A stretch of 64,000 nt of DNA from Candidatus Kaiserbacteria bacterium (GTDB taxonomy: Bacteria; Patescibacteriota; Minisyncoccia; Phycocordibacterales; Phycocordibacteraceae). A program made the position numbers and the translations under genes. The DNA lies in NCBI GenBank assembly GCA_963699165.1, contig OY969413.1, positions 660,562-724,561 on the forward strand, in the 5' to 3' direction. Below the pieces are notes generated by a model that was not told the origin of the DNA, did no database searches, and saw only the letters and a program-made list of their open reading frames with translations. Position 1 is the stretch's first letter. Each line of letters opens with the position of its first letter. Below, piece by piece: positions 19,288 through 27,892 of the stretch.

Positions 19288-19288
19288 A

Positions 19289-19624
19289 TTATTTTTCCGA
19301 AGCGGCGGAACCTGCGCCCGCGACAATCGCAAACCGCTTCAACTTTGAAATCGGGCGCGTTGCCTGAATGGTGACCGTGTCGCCGACCTGCGCCGCGTTG
19401 CCCGGATTATGCGCAAGAAACTTCTTCGAGCGCACAAAGTACTTCTTGTACTTTGCATTCTTCTCGAAGCGGTCGACCTGAACGGTGGCCGTGTCTTTCA
19501 TCGCCGTCTTTATGACAACGCCGGTGAATGATTGGGGGCGGGTCCCGTTAGAAGCGCCCTTAGCGAGCGCATCGGACGCCTTTGAATCATTGTTTCTAAC
19601 GGGACGGGTAGTTTTTTGTTCCAT
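19289..19624 (-). CDS. rpsQ: 30S ribosomal protein S17 with a ~30-aa N-terminal extension that contains hairpin H1.
   Basis: S17 core FTGVVIKTAMKDTATVQVDRFEKNAKYKKYFVRSKKFLAHNPGNAAQVGDTVTIQATRPISKLKRF. Confidence 0.85.
   Translation of the reverse strand: MEQKTTRPVRNNDSKASDALAKGASNGTRPQSFTGVVIKTAMKDTATVQVDRFEKNAKYKKYFVRSKKFLAHNPGNAAQVGDTVTIQATRPISKLKRFAIVAGAGSAASEK
19542..19605 (-). repeat. Hairpin H1: arms GTCCCGTTAGAA / TTCTAACGGGAC (12-bp perfect inverted repeat) inside the rpsQ N-terminal extension.
   Basis: Read directly. Member of the CCGTTAGA/TCTAACGG family. Confidence 0.6.
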
Positions 19625-19628
19625 AAAA

Positions 19629-19895
19629 TTATTTTGCTTTCTGCGCTCGTGCTCCGTTAGAGGCGCTCGCGGTAGCCGAGCCAGACGCCAAAGGCGTCTT
19701 GCCTCTAACGGAGCGAGCATGCTGCTCGGTAAGAATGCGGGCGACCGTTGCGCGAAACTTCCGCGCGGCGTTTGGGTTCTTCGGGCGAGAACCGGCCTTG
19801 GCAAAGCGCTCGCCGCGCAAATCCGCGCGCGTCGCCGCAAGAAGCTTTTCAAGCTCCTCTCCCGTTTTCCCTGCCATGGTATCTTTTTTTGTCAT
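19629..19895 (-). CDS. rpmC: 50S ribosomal protein L29 with a C-terminal extension that contains hairpin H2.
   Basis: L29 core EELEKLLAATRADLRGERFAKA... between rplP and rpsQ. Confidence 0.8.
   Translation of the reverse strand: MTKKDTMAGKTGEELEKLLAATRADLRGERFAKAGSRPKNPNAARKFRATVARILTEQHARSVRGKTPLASGSATASASNGARAQKAK
19649..19719 (-). repeat. Hairpin H2: arms GCTCCGTTAGAGGC / GCCTCTAACGGAGC (14-bp perfect inverted repeat) inside the rpmC 3' end. The loop holds a smaller hairpin GACGCCaaaGGCGTC.
   Basis: Read directly. Confidence 0.6.
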
Positions 19896-19914
19896 AAAAA
19901 TGGTGAAAATGCAA

Positions 19915-20337
19915 TTAGCTGCGCGTTATGATGGTCGTTTTCACCGGCAACTTCATGCCTGCCTGGCGCAAATGCGCGCGGGCGATATTCTCCGGCACGC
20001 CGTCGATTTCGAAAAGCACGCGGCCCGGACGCACCTCGAAAACGTAGAACTTCGGATCGCCTTTGCCGCTACCCATGCCCACTTCAGCCGGCTTCATCGT
20101 GACCGGCCGGTCCGGGAAGACGCGAATCCAAAGTTTGCCCGTCTTTGCGGTTGCGCGCGTCAGCACCTTGCGGGCCGCTTCAATCTGATTGCTCGTCATG
20201 CGCGCGCTCGAGAGCGCTTTGAGTGCAAACGAACCGAAGGCCGCAGTCGTGCCGCGCGTATCAGGACGATTCAAACGCTTATCGCTTTTGCGCTGCGTCT
20301 GCCACTTTCGGTGTTTTACTTTTTTAGGAAACAACAT
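19915..20337 (-). CDS. rplP: 50S ribosomal protein L16.
   Basis: L16 sequence and synteny. Confidence 0.9.
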   Translation of the reverse strand: MLFPKKVKHRKWQTQRKSDKRLNRPDTRGTTAAFGSFALKALSSARMTSNQIEAARKVLTRATAKTGKLWIRVFPDRPVTMKPAEVGMGSGKGDPKFYVFEVRPGRVLFEIDGVPENIARAHLRQAGMKLPVKTTIITRS

Positions 20338-20347
20338 ACGAAAAATA

Positions 20348-21058
20348 TTATGCGCGCGTCGCAGCTTCCGGCATGCGGACCGCCGTCTTCTTGTCCTGAT
20401 AGATATTGCCGCGATAAATCCACACTTTGATGCCGATGACGCCGTACGGGAGGTATGCCTGCTCGTGTGCGAAGTCGATGTCGGCGCGGAAGGTCTGAAG
20501 CGGGATGCGTCCCTTTTTGAGCTCCTCCTTGCGGCTCATTTCGGCGCCGCCAAGGCGTCCGGAGACCGCGATGCGCACACCTTCAACCTCGCGCACCGCG
20601 ATGACCTTTTCAATCGTCTGCTTGAGCACGCGGCGGAACGGCATGCGCTTCTCAAGACCCTCGGCAATCATGTATGCGACGACTGCCGCATCCGTTTCCG
20701 GCTGGCGGACTTCATTGATGTCGAACTTGACCTGCTTGCCGGCCGGAAGCGCCGTTGCGGAAACCTTGCGGACAACATCCGTGAGTTCTGCGCGGAGCTT
20801 GCCGGCGTTTTCGCCGGAGCGGCCGATGACGAGGCCCGGGCGCGCCGTCGAAAGCACGATGCGAAGCTCGTTTTCGGAACGCTCGATTTCGATGCCGCTC
20901 GTGTAGGTGCCGCGAAGGCGCTTCGTCAAAAAACGGCGAATGGTCTCGTCGACTTTGATGTTCTCGCGGAACGCCTGCTTGTCCGCGGTGAACCAACGGC
21001 TCTTCCAGCCGCGGACGGTGCCGAGGCGGTGTGCGTAAGGATGTACGGTGTGTGTCAT
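20348..21058 (-). CDS. rpsC: 30S ribosomal protein S3.
   Basis: KH and S3-C domains; synteny. Confidence 0.9.
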   Translation of the reverse strand: MTHTVHPYAHRLGTVRGWKSRWFTADKQAFRENIKVDETIRRFLTKRLRGTYTSGIEIERSENELRIVLSTARPGLVIGRSGENAGKLRAELTDVVRKVSATALPAGKQVKFDINEVRQPETDAAVVAYMIAEGLEKRMPFRRVLKQTIEKVIAVREVEGVRIAVSGRLGGAEMSRKEELKKGRIPLQTFRADIDFAHEQAYLPYGVIGIKVWIYRGNIYQDKKTAVRMPEAATRA

Positions 21059-21065
21059 ATAAAAA

Positions 21066-21467
21066 TTATGCGAGCGTTACTTTGACGCGGCTTTTCTTGC
21101 GGCGAATCGCAGAAGCGCGGCCGAAGGCGCGCGGCATGTAGCGCTTCATCATGCCCGCGCTTTCGACGACAATCGACTGCACTTTGAGCCCCTCGACGTC
21201 TTTGCCGTCGTTCTTCGCATTGGCGGCCGCGCTCTTGATGAGCTTTGCAATCGGCTCTGCGGCGCGCTTCGGAAGAAACTCGAGTGCGGCAAGCGCGGAC
21301 GTAACCGTCTTCCCTTTTACGAGGTCGGTCACAAGGCGGACCTTGCGCGGTGTCTGGTTGTAGGTTTCGAGAGATGCGCGCGCCCCGTTAGACACAACAG
21401 AAACAGTCGCCGCGTTGCTTTTGCGGACGCCTTTTGTTTTCTTTTCTGTTGTAGCTGTTTTAGTCAT
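21066..21467 (-). CDS. rplV: 50S ribosomal protein L22.
   Basis: L22 sequence and synteny. Confidence 0.9.
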   Translation of the reverse strand: MTKTATTEKKTKGVRKSNAATVSVVSNGARASLETYNQTPRKVRLVTDLVKGKTVTSALAALEFLPKRAAEPIAKLIKSAAANAKNDGKDVEGLKVQSIVVESAGMMKRYMPRAFGRASAIRRKKSRVKVTLA

Positions 21468-21482
21468 AGGTGTCTAACGGGG
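21383..21482 (-). repeat. Hairpin H3: arms CCCCGTTAGACAC / GTGTCTAACGGGG (13-bp perfect inverted repeat, ~75-nt spacer) enclosing the rplV start codon and 5' coding region.
   Basis: Read directly. The upstream arm lies in the rpsS-rplV spacer; the downstream arm encodes VSNGA of L22. Confidence 0.6.
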
Positions 21483-21493
21483 TGTGCCATAGA

Positions 21494-21838
21494 TTATTTC
21501 TTTTTTGGTGCCGGCGCCTCCTTTGCGGACTTTGCGGACGCGATTTCCGCCTGCTGCTTCTTCTGCTCCATTTCCTTCTGCATCTTGCCTCCGTGGCGAA
21601 CGAACTTCTTCGTCGGGGAGAATTCGCCAAGGCGATGGCCGACCATTTCCTCGGAAACAAGGACTTCGAGGTGCTGCTTGCCGTTATGGACGCCAAAGGT
21701 AAAACCTATCATTTCCGGGCTAATTTGGCTGCGCCGCGCCCACGTCTTAATCACCCCCGCCGTTGACGGTTTTGCGTTTGCAACCTTCTTGAGGAGTTTG
21801 ACGTCCACAAAAGGGCCTTTGGATAGTGAGCGTGACAT
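21494..21838 (-). CDS. rpsS: 30S ribosomal protein S19 with a Lys/Ala/Gln-rich C-terminal tail.
   Basis: [12 protein letters not shown] ... [27 protein letters not shown]. Start at ATG 21836-21838; the track ORF runs on into IS-derived sequence. Confidence 0.85.
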   Translation of the reverse strand: MSRSLSKGPFVDVKLLKKVANAKPSTAGVIKTWARRSQISPEMIGFTFGVHNGKQHLEVLVSEEMVGHRLGEFSPTKKFVRHGGKMQKEMEQKKQQAEIASAKSAKEAPAPKKK

Positions 21839-21897
21839 AAGCAATGAAAAGCCCGCGCAAGCGCGAGATAGGTAGAATGTACAGGAATGCAAGCGAA

Positions 21898-22989
21898 TCG
21901 TCAAATAGTTGTACGCGTCCAGTACTTTTGGCAGTCCCCGACGGTTAATGTACACACAATATACCGCAAGGGGGACACCATGCCGAGCGACTGGTGCGGG
22001 CGTTTGGTGTTGTACCAGATCAGCCAGTCGACAAGCTTCAGATTGAAGGAATGAATATCGTCCCGCAGCAGGCCCCGATTCAGCATGATGAAGTCCTCGG
22101 AGACGGTGCGATTGAATCGTTCGACGTGGGCATTCATCTTGGGAGTGCGGGGGCGGGTGTGAAAGTGCGTGAGACCGAGTTCGGCACAGGCATCCTCGAA
22201 GTGTTTGGCGAACTCGCTCCCGTTGTCGGTCTGCAACTCGTCGATATCGAAGGGGCAAACCTCGATGACTCGGCGAAGGAAGTCGTCCGCGCTTCTCGAC
22301 GAGTGGTTCGTATACGCGCCCGCAAAGGCGAACTTCCGCTCCACGTCCACTGCCGTGAGGACGTACCGCTTCACGCCGTCGATGAAGCGGACGACGGTAT
22401 CGAGCTCCATGCCGCGCTTGCCGGTGCGGCGAAGCTTGGTACGGCGTTTCTGCGGTGTTTCCGTGTGATTGCCCGTACGTGCGTGGAACGAGAGCCGGCT
22501 CTGCTGCGGGAGCAGACCGCGGTTCTTCAAATCCAGAATGACCCGCCCAACGTATGACTCCGACACGGAGTGCCCTTCTTCGCGCAGGAGAACGGCAAGC
22601 TTTGCTTTCCCAAGCCGGGGATGCGCCTGTCGTTCGCGGATGATGAAATCCTCGACCTCGGGCAGAACAGTCCTCCTTCGACGCGCCTTCGGCGCAGTGC
22701 TCTTCGGGTCAAGTGCATCAATGCGGCCCTCGTGGGCTTTGAGTTCCTCCTTCCAGCGATACAAGGTGCGCTCCGAGGTGCCAAAGGCGTCGTATGCGGC
22801 CTCCGTCCCGTGCATGTCCCAGAATCCCAATATCTTCACCCGTCTGTCGACTTCCTTTGGTTTCCGCATATGCCGCAATCGTATCGTCCTTTCCCACATG
22901 CTCAACCAGCCCTTCGTACCCCTGAAATTGCTTCTGATGCGCATATATCCTCGGTTATGAGGACTGCCAAATGTATCTGAACTTATGCA
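21898..22989 (-). mobile_element. IS481-family insertion sequence, copy B, inserted between rplB and rpsS. A handful of SNPs relative to copy A.
   Basis: Direct comparison with 15524..16616. Same terminal IRs. Confidence 0.75.
21901..22944 (-). CDS. IS481-family DDE transposase, copy B (start MRIRSNFRG; the track ORF is extended into flanking sequence).
   Basis: Near-identical to 15527..16570, apart from a few substitutions such as H2R. Confidence 0.8.
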   Translation of the reverse strand: MRIRSNFRGTKGWLSMWERTIRLRHMRKPKEVDRRVKILGFWDMHGTEAAYDAFGTSERTLYRWKEELKAHEGRIDALDPKSTAPKARRRRTVLPEVEDFIIRERQAHPRLGKAKLAVLLREEGHSVSESYVGRVILDLKNRGLLPQQSRLSFHARTGNHTETPQKRRTKLRRTGKRGMELDTVVRFIDGVKRYVLTAVDVERKFAFAGAYTNHSSRSADDFLRRVIEVCPFDIDELQTDNGSEFAKHFEDACAELGLTHFHTRPRTPKMNAHVERFNRTVSEDFIMLNRGLLRDDIHSFNLKLVDWLIWYNTKRPHQSLGMVSPLRYIVCTLTVGDCQKYWTRTTI

Positions 22990-23032
22990 GCAGTTGGCCA
23001 CGAGCGACAACTTTTTGCTACACTGTCCTTAT

Positions 23033-23812
23033 ATGAAGAAAAATTCTCTTATTGCTGGAATTGTTGTCCTCGTTGTCATCGCTGCCGCCGTAGCGCTCTA
23101 TGCGACCGGAAAAATCTTCCCGCGCGAGCAGGCGACGGCAAACAATCCTGCCATTACTCTCCCGCCCAGCAGCTACTCTGAAAACGCGAAGTATTACGAC
23201 ATTGCGGCAAACTACGCCTCCACAACCCCTTTACTCACGACTGCGGGCGCTTTAGCGGACGCAACTGCGCGCTCGACGATGTACGGCTTCATCCGCGATA
23301 CCATCGTTCAATTCAAAACCGACGGCAATTTCGACAAACTCACGAGCGACGACGTGAAGGCGATGGGTTTTGACCAGGGCCGCAAAGAGAAACTGCAAAT
23401 CGTGTACATGATTTCGTCTTCTCCGCGGACGGTATCGTACATTTTTACGATTACCACAGATACGCTCGGCGCGCATCCGAATACCGCGTTCCGCACGTTC
23501 ACATTCGACACCAAGACGGGCGCGGAGCTTTCGCTTTCGGATATTTTTGCGCCGGGTTCAAACTATCTCGACACTCTCTCAACGATAAGCCGCACACAAT
23601 TGCCTACGATTATCGGTCCCGATGCGGACACGACATTCATCGCGAACGGAACCACGCCAAACGATTCTAACTTTGCGAATTTCTTCGTCGATAACAGCTC
23701 GCTCGTATTTCTCTTCCCGCCCTACCAAGTCGCTCCGTATGCGGCAGGACCGCAGACGCTTCCAATCGCGCTCTCGCAATTAAGCGGAATTTTGAAGGCG
23801 GAATACAAATAA
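23033..23812 (+). CDS. Membrane-anchored DUF3298/RsiV-like extracytoplasmic protein, encoded antisense to the S10 operon between rplB and rpsS.
   Basis: N-terminal TM helix MKKNSLIAGIVVLVVIAAAVALY. C-terminal FPPYQVAPYAAGP motif recalled from the DUF3298 family. Own strong terminator. Confidence 0.5.
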   Translation: MKKNSLIAGIVVLVVIAAAVALYATGKIFPREQATANNPAITLPPSSYSENAKYYDIAANYASTTPLLTTAGALADATARSTMYGFIRDTIVQFKTDGNFDKLTSDDVKAMGFDQGRKEKLQIVYMISSSPRTVSYIFTITTDTLGAHPNTAFRTFTFDTKTGAELSLSDIFAPGSNYLDTLSTISRTQLPTIIGPDADTTFIANGTTPNDSNFANFFVDNSSLVFLFPPYQVAPYAAGPQTLPIALSQLSGILKAEYK

Positions 23813-23852
23813 CGAAATGCCCGCGCCGAAGGCGCGGGCATTTCGTTATTTT
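23813..23852. terminator. Perfect 17-bp hairpin AACGAAATGCCCGCGCC gaag GGCGCGGGCATTTCGTT followed by TTTTTT. Bidirectional; abuts the rplB stop codon.
   Basis: Read directly. Confidence 0.65.
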
Positions 23853-24704
23853 TTAGGCGGCCTTTCGCTTCTTGCCAACCTTTCGTCTGCTGACAATAAA
23901 TACATTTGAATACTTTTTCGGAGTCCTCGTCTTCTGGCCCTTGCCGGACGGCTTGCCCCACTTCGTCTTTGCGCGGCGCAAACCGCGTCCTTGGCGTCCT
24001 TCGCCGCCGCCATGCGGATGGTCTACCGGGTTCATCGCTGTTCCGCGCACCGTCGGGCGCTTGCCCATCCAGCGGCTGCGGCCCGCTTTGCCGATGACGA
24101 CGAGATTGTATTCCTCGTTCCCCACCGTGCCGATTGAAGCCCACGCGAGGTCGGAAATCTTGCGAATTTCAGTCGACGGAAGTTTGATTTGCGCGTAGCC
24201 CGCATCATGCGCGACGACTTCGGCGAAGTTGCCTGCCGAGCGAACCAAGCTCGCGCCCGAAAGCGGAGCGATTTCGATGTTGTAGATAAAGGTTCCAACC
24301 GGAATCTTGCCAATCGGAAGGCGGTTGCCCGGAACGAGCGGCGCATTTTCCGAAACGATAAACGTGCTGCCGACTTTCACTTCCTTCGGGAGAATCACGT
24401 AGCGGCGCGCGCCGTCGCGGTAGAGCGCAAGACCGATGAAGGCCGAGCGGAACGGATCGTATTCAACCGTTTCGATTTTGGCCGGAATGTCTTTCTTGTC
24501 GTACTTGAAATCGATGTCGCGCAAACGGCGCTTGTGTCCGCCGCCTTGGTGGCGTGTCGTGATGCGACCGAAACCGTTTCGTCCGCCTTGGCCGCTTTTC
24601 ACCTTGAGGAGCGCCTTGTGCGGCGCATTGCCCGAAAGCAACTCCTTGTAAGGGAGCGTGGTCATGTGGCGGCGGCTTTTTGATGTTGGGCGGTACGTTT
24701 TCAT
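23853..24704 (-). CDS. rplB: 50S ribosomal protein L2.
   Basis: L2 sequence (GRN..G.IT.RH.GGGHKR, PVDHPHGGGEG). Confidence 0.9.
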   Translation of the reverse strand: MKTYRPTSKSRRHMTTLPYKELLSGNAPHKALLKVKSGQGGRNGFGRITTRHQGGGHKRRLRDIDFKYDKKDIPAKIETVEYDPFRSAFIGLALYRDGARRYVILPKEVKVGSTFIVSENAPLVPGNRLPIGKIPVGTFIYNIEIAPLSGASLVRSAGNFAEVVAHDAGYAQIKLPSTEIRKISDLAWASIGTVGNEEYNLVVIGKAGRSRWMGKRPTVRGTAMNPVDHPHGGGEGRQGRGLRRAKTKWGKPSGKGQKTRTPKKYSNVFIVSRRKVGKKRKAA

Positions 24705-24712
24705 AGAAATAA

Positions 24713-25087
24713 TTAAGCAAACTGAATGCTGTCGCCCGCGTTCAGGTACACATAGGCCTTGCGGCGAGCGGCACGAGTCCCGACACCGCGGCGCGTGCGC
24801 ATCGCCTTCTTCTTTGCGGGAAGATTCACCGTGCGAATGGCACGCGGTTCGACATTGTAAATTTCTTTAATCGCTGAAGCGATTTCGGCCTTCGTCGCGC
24901 GCGGCGCAACTTCGAAGACGTAGACGCCTTTCTCCGTGATGATGAGCGCCTTCTCGGAAAACCATGGCGCGCGGATGATGTCATGCGCCGCGCCGCCTGC
25001 GTGCTTTGTGGTGCGCGCGCGGTACTTGCGGACAACTTTGTCCTTCTTTTCCTTCTTATTCTTTGCGGTGGTTCCGAAGATAGCCAT
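24713..25087 (-). CDS. rplW: 50S ribosomal protein L23 with a basic N-terminal extension.
   Basis: L23 core IRAPWFSEKALIITEKGVYVFEVAPRATKAEIASAIKEIYNVEP. Confidence 0.85.
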   Translation of the reverse strand: MAIFGTTAKNKKEKKDKVVRKYRARTTKHAGGAAHDIIRAPWFSEKALIITEKGVYVFEVAPRATKAEIASAIKEIYNVEPRAIRTVNLPAKKKAMRTRRGVGTRAARRKAYVYLNAGDSIQFA

Positions 25088-25093
25088 GATAAT

Positions 25094-25807
25094 TTATTTA
25101 GCTTTGACGCGGGCCGTGAGTGCTGCAAATGCCGCCTCCGGCTTTTCGATGATGAGATACTTATTCGTCATCACGTCGAGCGGATTCAAGTTGCGAAGCT
25201 CCTCGGTCGAAACGTTTCCGAAGTTGCTGAAGCTCTTGATGACATTTGCATCGTATGCGGAAATTGCGAGAAGCGCTGCGTTCTTTTTCTTCGTCGCGAG
25301 CGTTGCGGCGCTTGCACCCTTTGCGATTGCGCCGAGTGCGCTCTTTGCCGTTGCCGTCTTCGGTGCCGCAAAAACGAACTTGTCGACAAGAATGATTTCG
25401 CCGTCCTTCGCTTTTCGCGAAAGCACCGAAAGGAGCGCGCCAATGCGCATCTTGCGGTTGATTTTCTCGCTGTAGTTGCGCTCGTTGCGCGGACCAAACG
25501 TGATGCCGCCGTGGCGCCAAATCGGCGAGCGCGTCGAGCTGTGGCGTGCTTGACCGGTTCCCTTTTGCTTCCACGGCTTCTTGCCGCCGCCAGCGACTTC
25601 GGCGCGGTCCTTTGTGTGTGCGCGATTCTGGCGCGCATTTGCCTGCATCGCAGTCGTCACTTGGTGCACGAGGTCGGAGCGCCAAGGTGCGCCGAAAATG
25701 TCCGCCGGAAGCGTGATGCTGCCAACCTTTTCACCGGCCATCGAGAAAATAGGCGCTTCAATCGGCGTGTACTCGGCTTTCTTTGTGATTTTTTTTGCGG
25801 TAGCCAT
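25094..25807 (-). CDS. rplD: 50S ribosomal protein L4.
   Basis: L4 sequence. Start taken at MATAKKI. Confidence 0.85.
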   Translation of the reverse strand: MATAKKITKKAEYTPIEAPIFSMAGEKVGSITLPADIFGAPWRSDLVHQVTTAMQANARQNRAHTKDRAEVAGGGKKPWKQKGTGQARHSSTRSPIWRHGGITFGPRNERNYSEKINRKMRIGALLSVLSRKAKDGEIILVDKFVFAAPKTATAKSALGAIAKGASAATLATKKKNAALLAISAYDANVIKSFSNFGNVSTEELRNLNPLDVMTNKYLIIEKPEAAFAALTARVKAK

Positions 25808-25817
25808 GGTATGAAAA

Positions 25818-26432
25818 TTATGCGGAGATGACTTCAAGAAGCGTTCCGCGGCGGCCCGGAACGGCGCCGGAAACGATAATCTCGCCCGCCTTCGCGTCGA
25901 CTGCGAGGACTTTGAGATTCATGACCGTCACGCGGTCGGCGCCCAAACGGCCCGCCATGCGAATGCCCTTTGCGACACGGCCGCCTGCACGGCCGCCCGA
26001 TCCGCCGATTGAACCCGGAGAGCGCTCGGTGTGCTTCTGGCCGTGACTGCGCGGACCGCCATGGAAGCCGTAGCGCTTGATGCCGCTTGCAAAACCTTTT
26101 CCCTTTGTGATGCCGGATACGCGGACAACATCGCCGACCGCAAAGAGCGATGCGTCGATCGTTGCTCCGACTTCGGCAGCCGTGTCGGTGCGGAATTCGC
26201 GAATGGCTTCATAGCCCTTGCCCTTCGTGTGGCCGAGAACGGCTTTGCTCACGTTTTTCGTCTTGCGCACGCCCTGCCCCACCTGAACAGCCGAATATGC
26301 GTCCTTGCCGTTTGCGGACTTCACCTGCGTGACGGTTACCGGATCGGCAATGAGAATGGTTCCCGCGCGGGCGCGGCCATCATCCCCGAAAATACGGGTC
26401 ATTCCTTCCTTTTTTGCGAGAATGAATTTCAT
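25818..26432 (-). CDS. rplC: 50S ribosomal protein L3.
   Basis: L3 sequence. rpsJ is not directly upstream; it lies 4.6 kb away at 31003. Confidence 0.9.
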   Translation of the reverse strand: MKFILAKKEGMTRIFGDDGRARAGTILIADPVTVTQVKSANGKDAYSAVQVGQGVRKTKNVSKAVLGHTKGKGYEAIREFRTDTAAEVGATIDASLFAVGDVVRVSGITKGKGFASGIKRYGFHGGPRSHGQKHTERSPGSIGGSGGRAGGRVAKGIRMAGRLGADRVTVMNLKVLAVDAKAGEIIVSGAVPGRRGTLLEVISA

Positions 26433-26440
26433 TGTGTTGG

Positions 26441-26478
26441 TAAAGCAAATCGCGCCACAGCAATCGCGGGGCGCGATT
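26441..26478 (-). promoter_or_regulatory. 13-bp perfect hairpin AGCAAATCGCGCC ... GGCGCGATTTGCT 9 nt upstream of the rplC start; possible leader or attenuator element.
   Basis: Read directly. Confidence 0.35.
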
Positions 26479-26593
26479 TGCTGGAGGTCCTGCTTCAGGA
26501 TGCCCGAATGGGCGCCCGCGAGGACATAGCGATTTGGCTACTCTACACGAGGCACGAAAAAGATGCAAATATCTGCAATAAACGGCGCTTACT

Positions 26594-26602
26594 CCCCCCC
26601 CC
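26594..26602. repeat. Homopolymeric C9 tract in the rplC upstream region and sigma-like ORF leader.
   Basis: Read directly. Confidence 0.5.
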
Positions 26603-26661
26603 GCAGTACACTCGAGAACTTGACAGCAAGTGGTCTAAACTTATAGTTCTCGACAGAAAGG

Positions 26662-27048
26662 TTGGGCCGATCGGTGAGTCAACTACGAAAAAGAAACGAA
26701 GCCGCAAGACGAATGAGGTACATCGCAGGTCGTCTTAACCTCGGAGGCGATGTCCGACAAGCACTGCGCGATCTGATCGCCAAAGCGTACGAACAATGCA
26801 AAGATGTCGAGCCATACCACGAAAGGCACGTCCGCGCGGCAGAACTGTACTACGCAATCGATGGGGATCCGCAGACGTTCAAGAAAATCGGGCAAACCTT
26901 GGGGGTGTGCCCGTCCGGTGCCCGCAAACTCGCAAGGTACGGATTGGTTATTCTCGGAAAGGTTTGCAGGGGGATACCAATCCAGAAACCGCGGCGAGAT
27001 AATCGCCCTCTCCCACTAGCCTTGTGCTTTAGCGCGGACGACCAATCG
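26662..27048 (+). CDS. Small sigma-70 region-4-like HTH protein (TFKKIGQTLGVCPSGARKLARYGLVIL). Its 3' end is interrupted by IS1595 copy 2, and the ORF reads on into the IS.
   Basis: HTH motif recognition. The TSD ACCAATCG lies at the end of the native part. Confidence 0.3.
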
Positions 27049-27892
27049 GGGTATTCAGACTCTGTTGGCACAGCTCCCGTATCATGGAAGCTATGTACAC
27101 GCTCAAACAAATTCCGTCTGAAGTGCAGATTAGAAAGTTTTTGCGGCGAACGTTGTTCGGAAAGAATGTGTTTTGCCCGCTCTGCCGCTCGCGCAGGATT
27201 GTGCGGTACGAAGACCGGTACCGGTGTGTTGCCTGCCGCCGAAGGTTCTCGCTCCTCTCGCATACCTGGCTCTCAAACCTCAAGCTTCCGCTCCAGACGT
27301 GGTGGATGCTCCTCTGGTGCTGGACGATACGAGAACCCGTCTTGCAGGCCATGGAGCTCACGCATTTGCCTGAACGAACGATACGCCGCTGGTATGCCAC
27401 CTTTCGTGAGCATTTGCCCCAAGAAGAGCATATTCTCGAGCGTATCGTGCAGATGGACGAGGCATATTTCAAGAACGCAGCTCTCGTGATGGCCAAGCAG
27501 AAAGGAACGAGAAAGCTTGCCTATACCGTCATGCACAATCGCTTCCCGAACAAGACGGACGTGATGGACTTTCTCTTTGCCAAAGTGAAGCCGGGGAGCG
27601 AGTTGTGGACCGATGGCGGTTCGATATACCGGGGTGTCGGCAAGCGATGGCCGGTCTCCCACAGCAGAGACATTCATTCAAAATTCGAGTTCGAACATAC
27701 CTCCGAAATCGAAGGCGTGTTCGGCGTATACCGCACCTTTGTGCGGAGGATGTATCATCATCACTGGAGCGAGAACCTCGAGCAATACGTGAGGGAATTC
27801 TGCTTCAGATTTTCCTCACCGGAATTGTTCGGAAATCCGCGCACTTACTTATTAAAATCATTAACGCTTGTGCCAACTCGTTCTTAATACCC
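27049..27892 (+). mobile_element. IS1595-family insertion sequence, copy 2 (844 bp), flanked by a perfect 8-bp TSD ACCAATCG (27041-27048 and 27893-27900).
   Basis: Identical to copy 1. TSD read directly. Confidence 0.85.
27084..27887 (+). CDS. IS1595-family transposase (267 aa).
   Basis: Identical to the 2539..3342 product. Confidence 0.8.
   Translation: MEAMYTLKQIPSEVQIRKFLRRTLFGKNVFCPLCRSRRIVRYEDRYRCVACRRRFSLLSHTWLSNLKLPLQTWWMLLWCWTIREPVLQAMELTHLPERTIRRWYATFREHLPQEEHILERIVQMDEAYFKNAALVMAKQKGTRKLAYTVMHNRFPNKTDVMDFLFAKVKPGSELWTDGGSIYRGVGKRWPVSHSRDIHSKFEFEHTSEIEGVFGVYRTFVRRMYHHHWSENLEQYVREFCFRFSSPELFGNPRTYLLKSLTLVPTRS

Noticed and set aside
21460-21696. 78-aa Arg-rich ORF
   Set aside because: Out-of-frame read of the Lys-rich S19 C-terminal tail.
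3378-27048. Hypothesis that the 23.6-kb segment between the inverted IS1595 copies was inverted, separating rpsJ from rplC
   Set aside because: Each IS copy has its own intact 8-bp TSD, and the r-protein gene order is collinear once the insertions are discounted. rpsJ is simply 4.6 kb upstream of rplC on the same strand. No inversion is needed.
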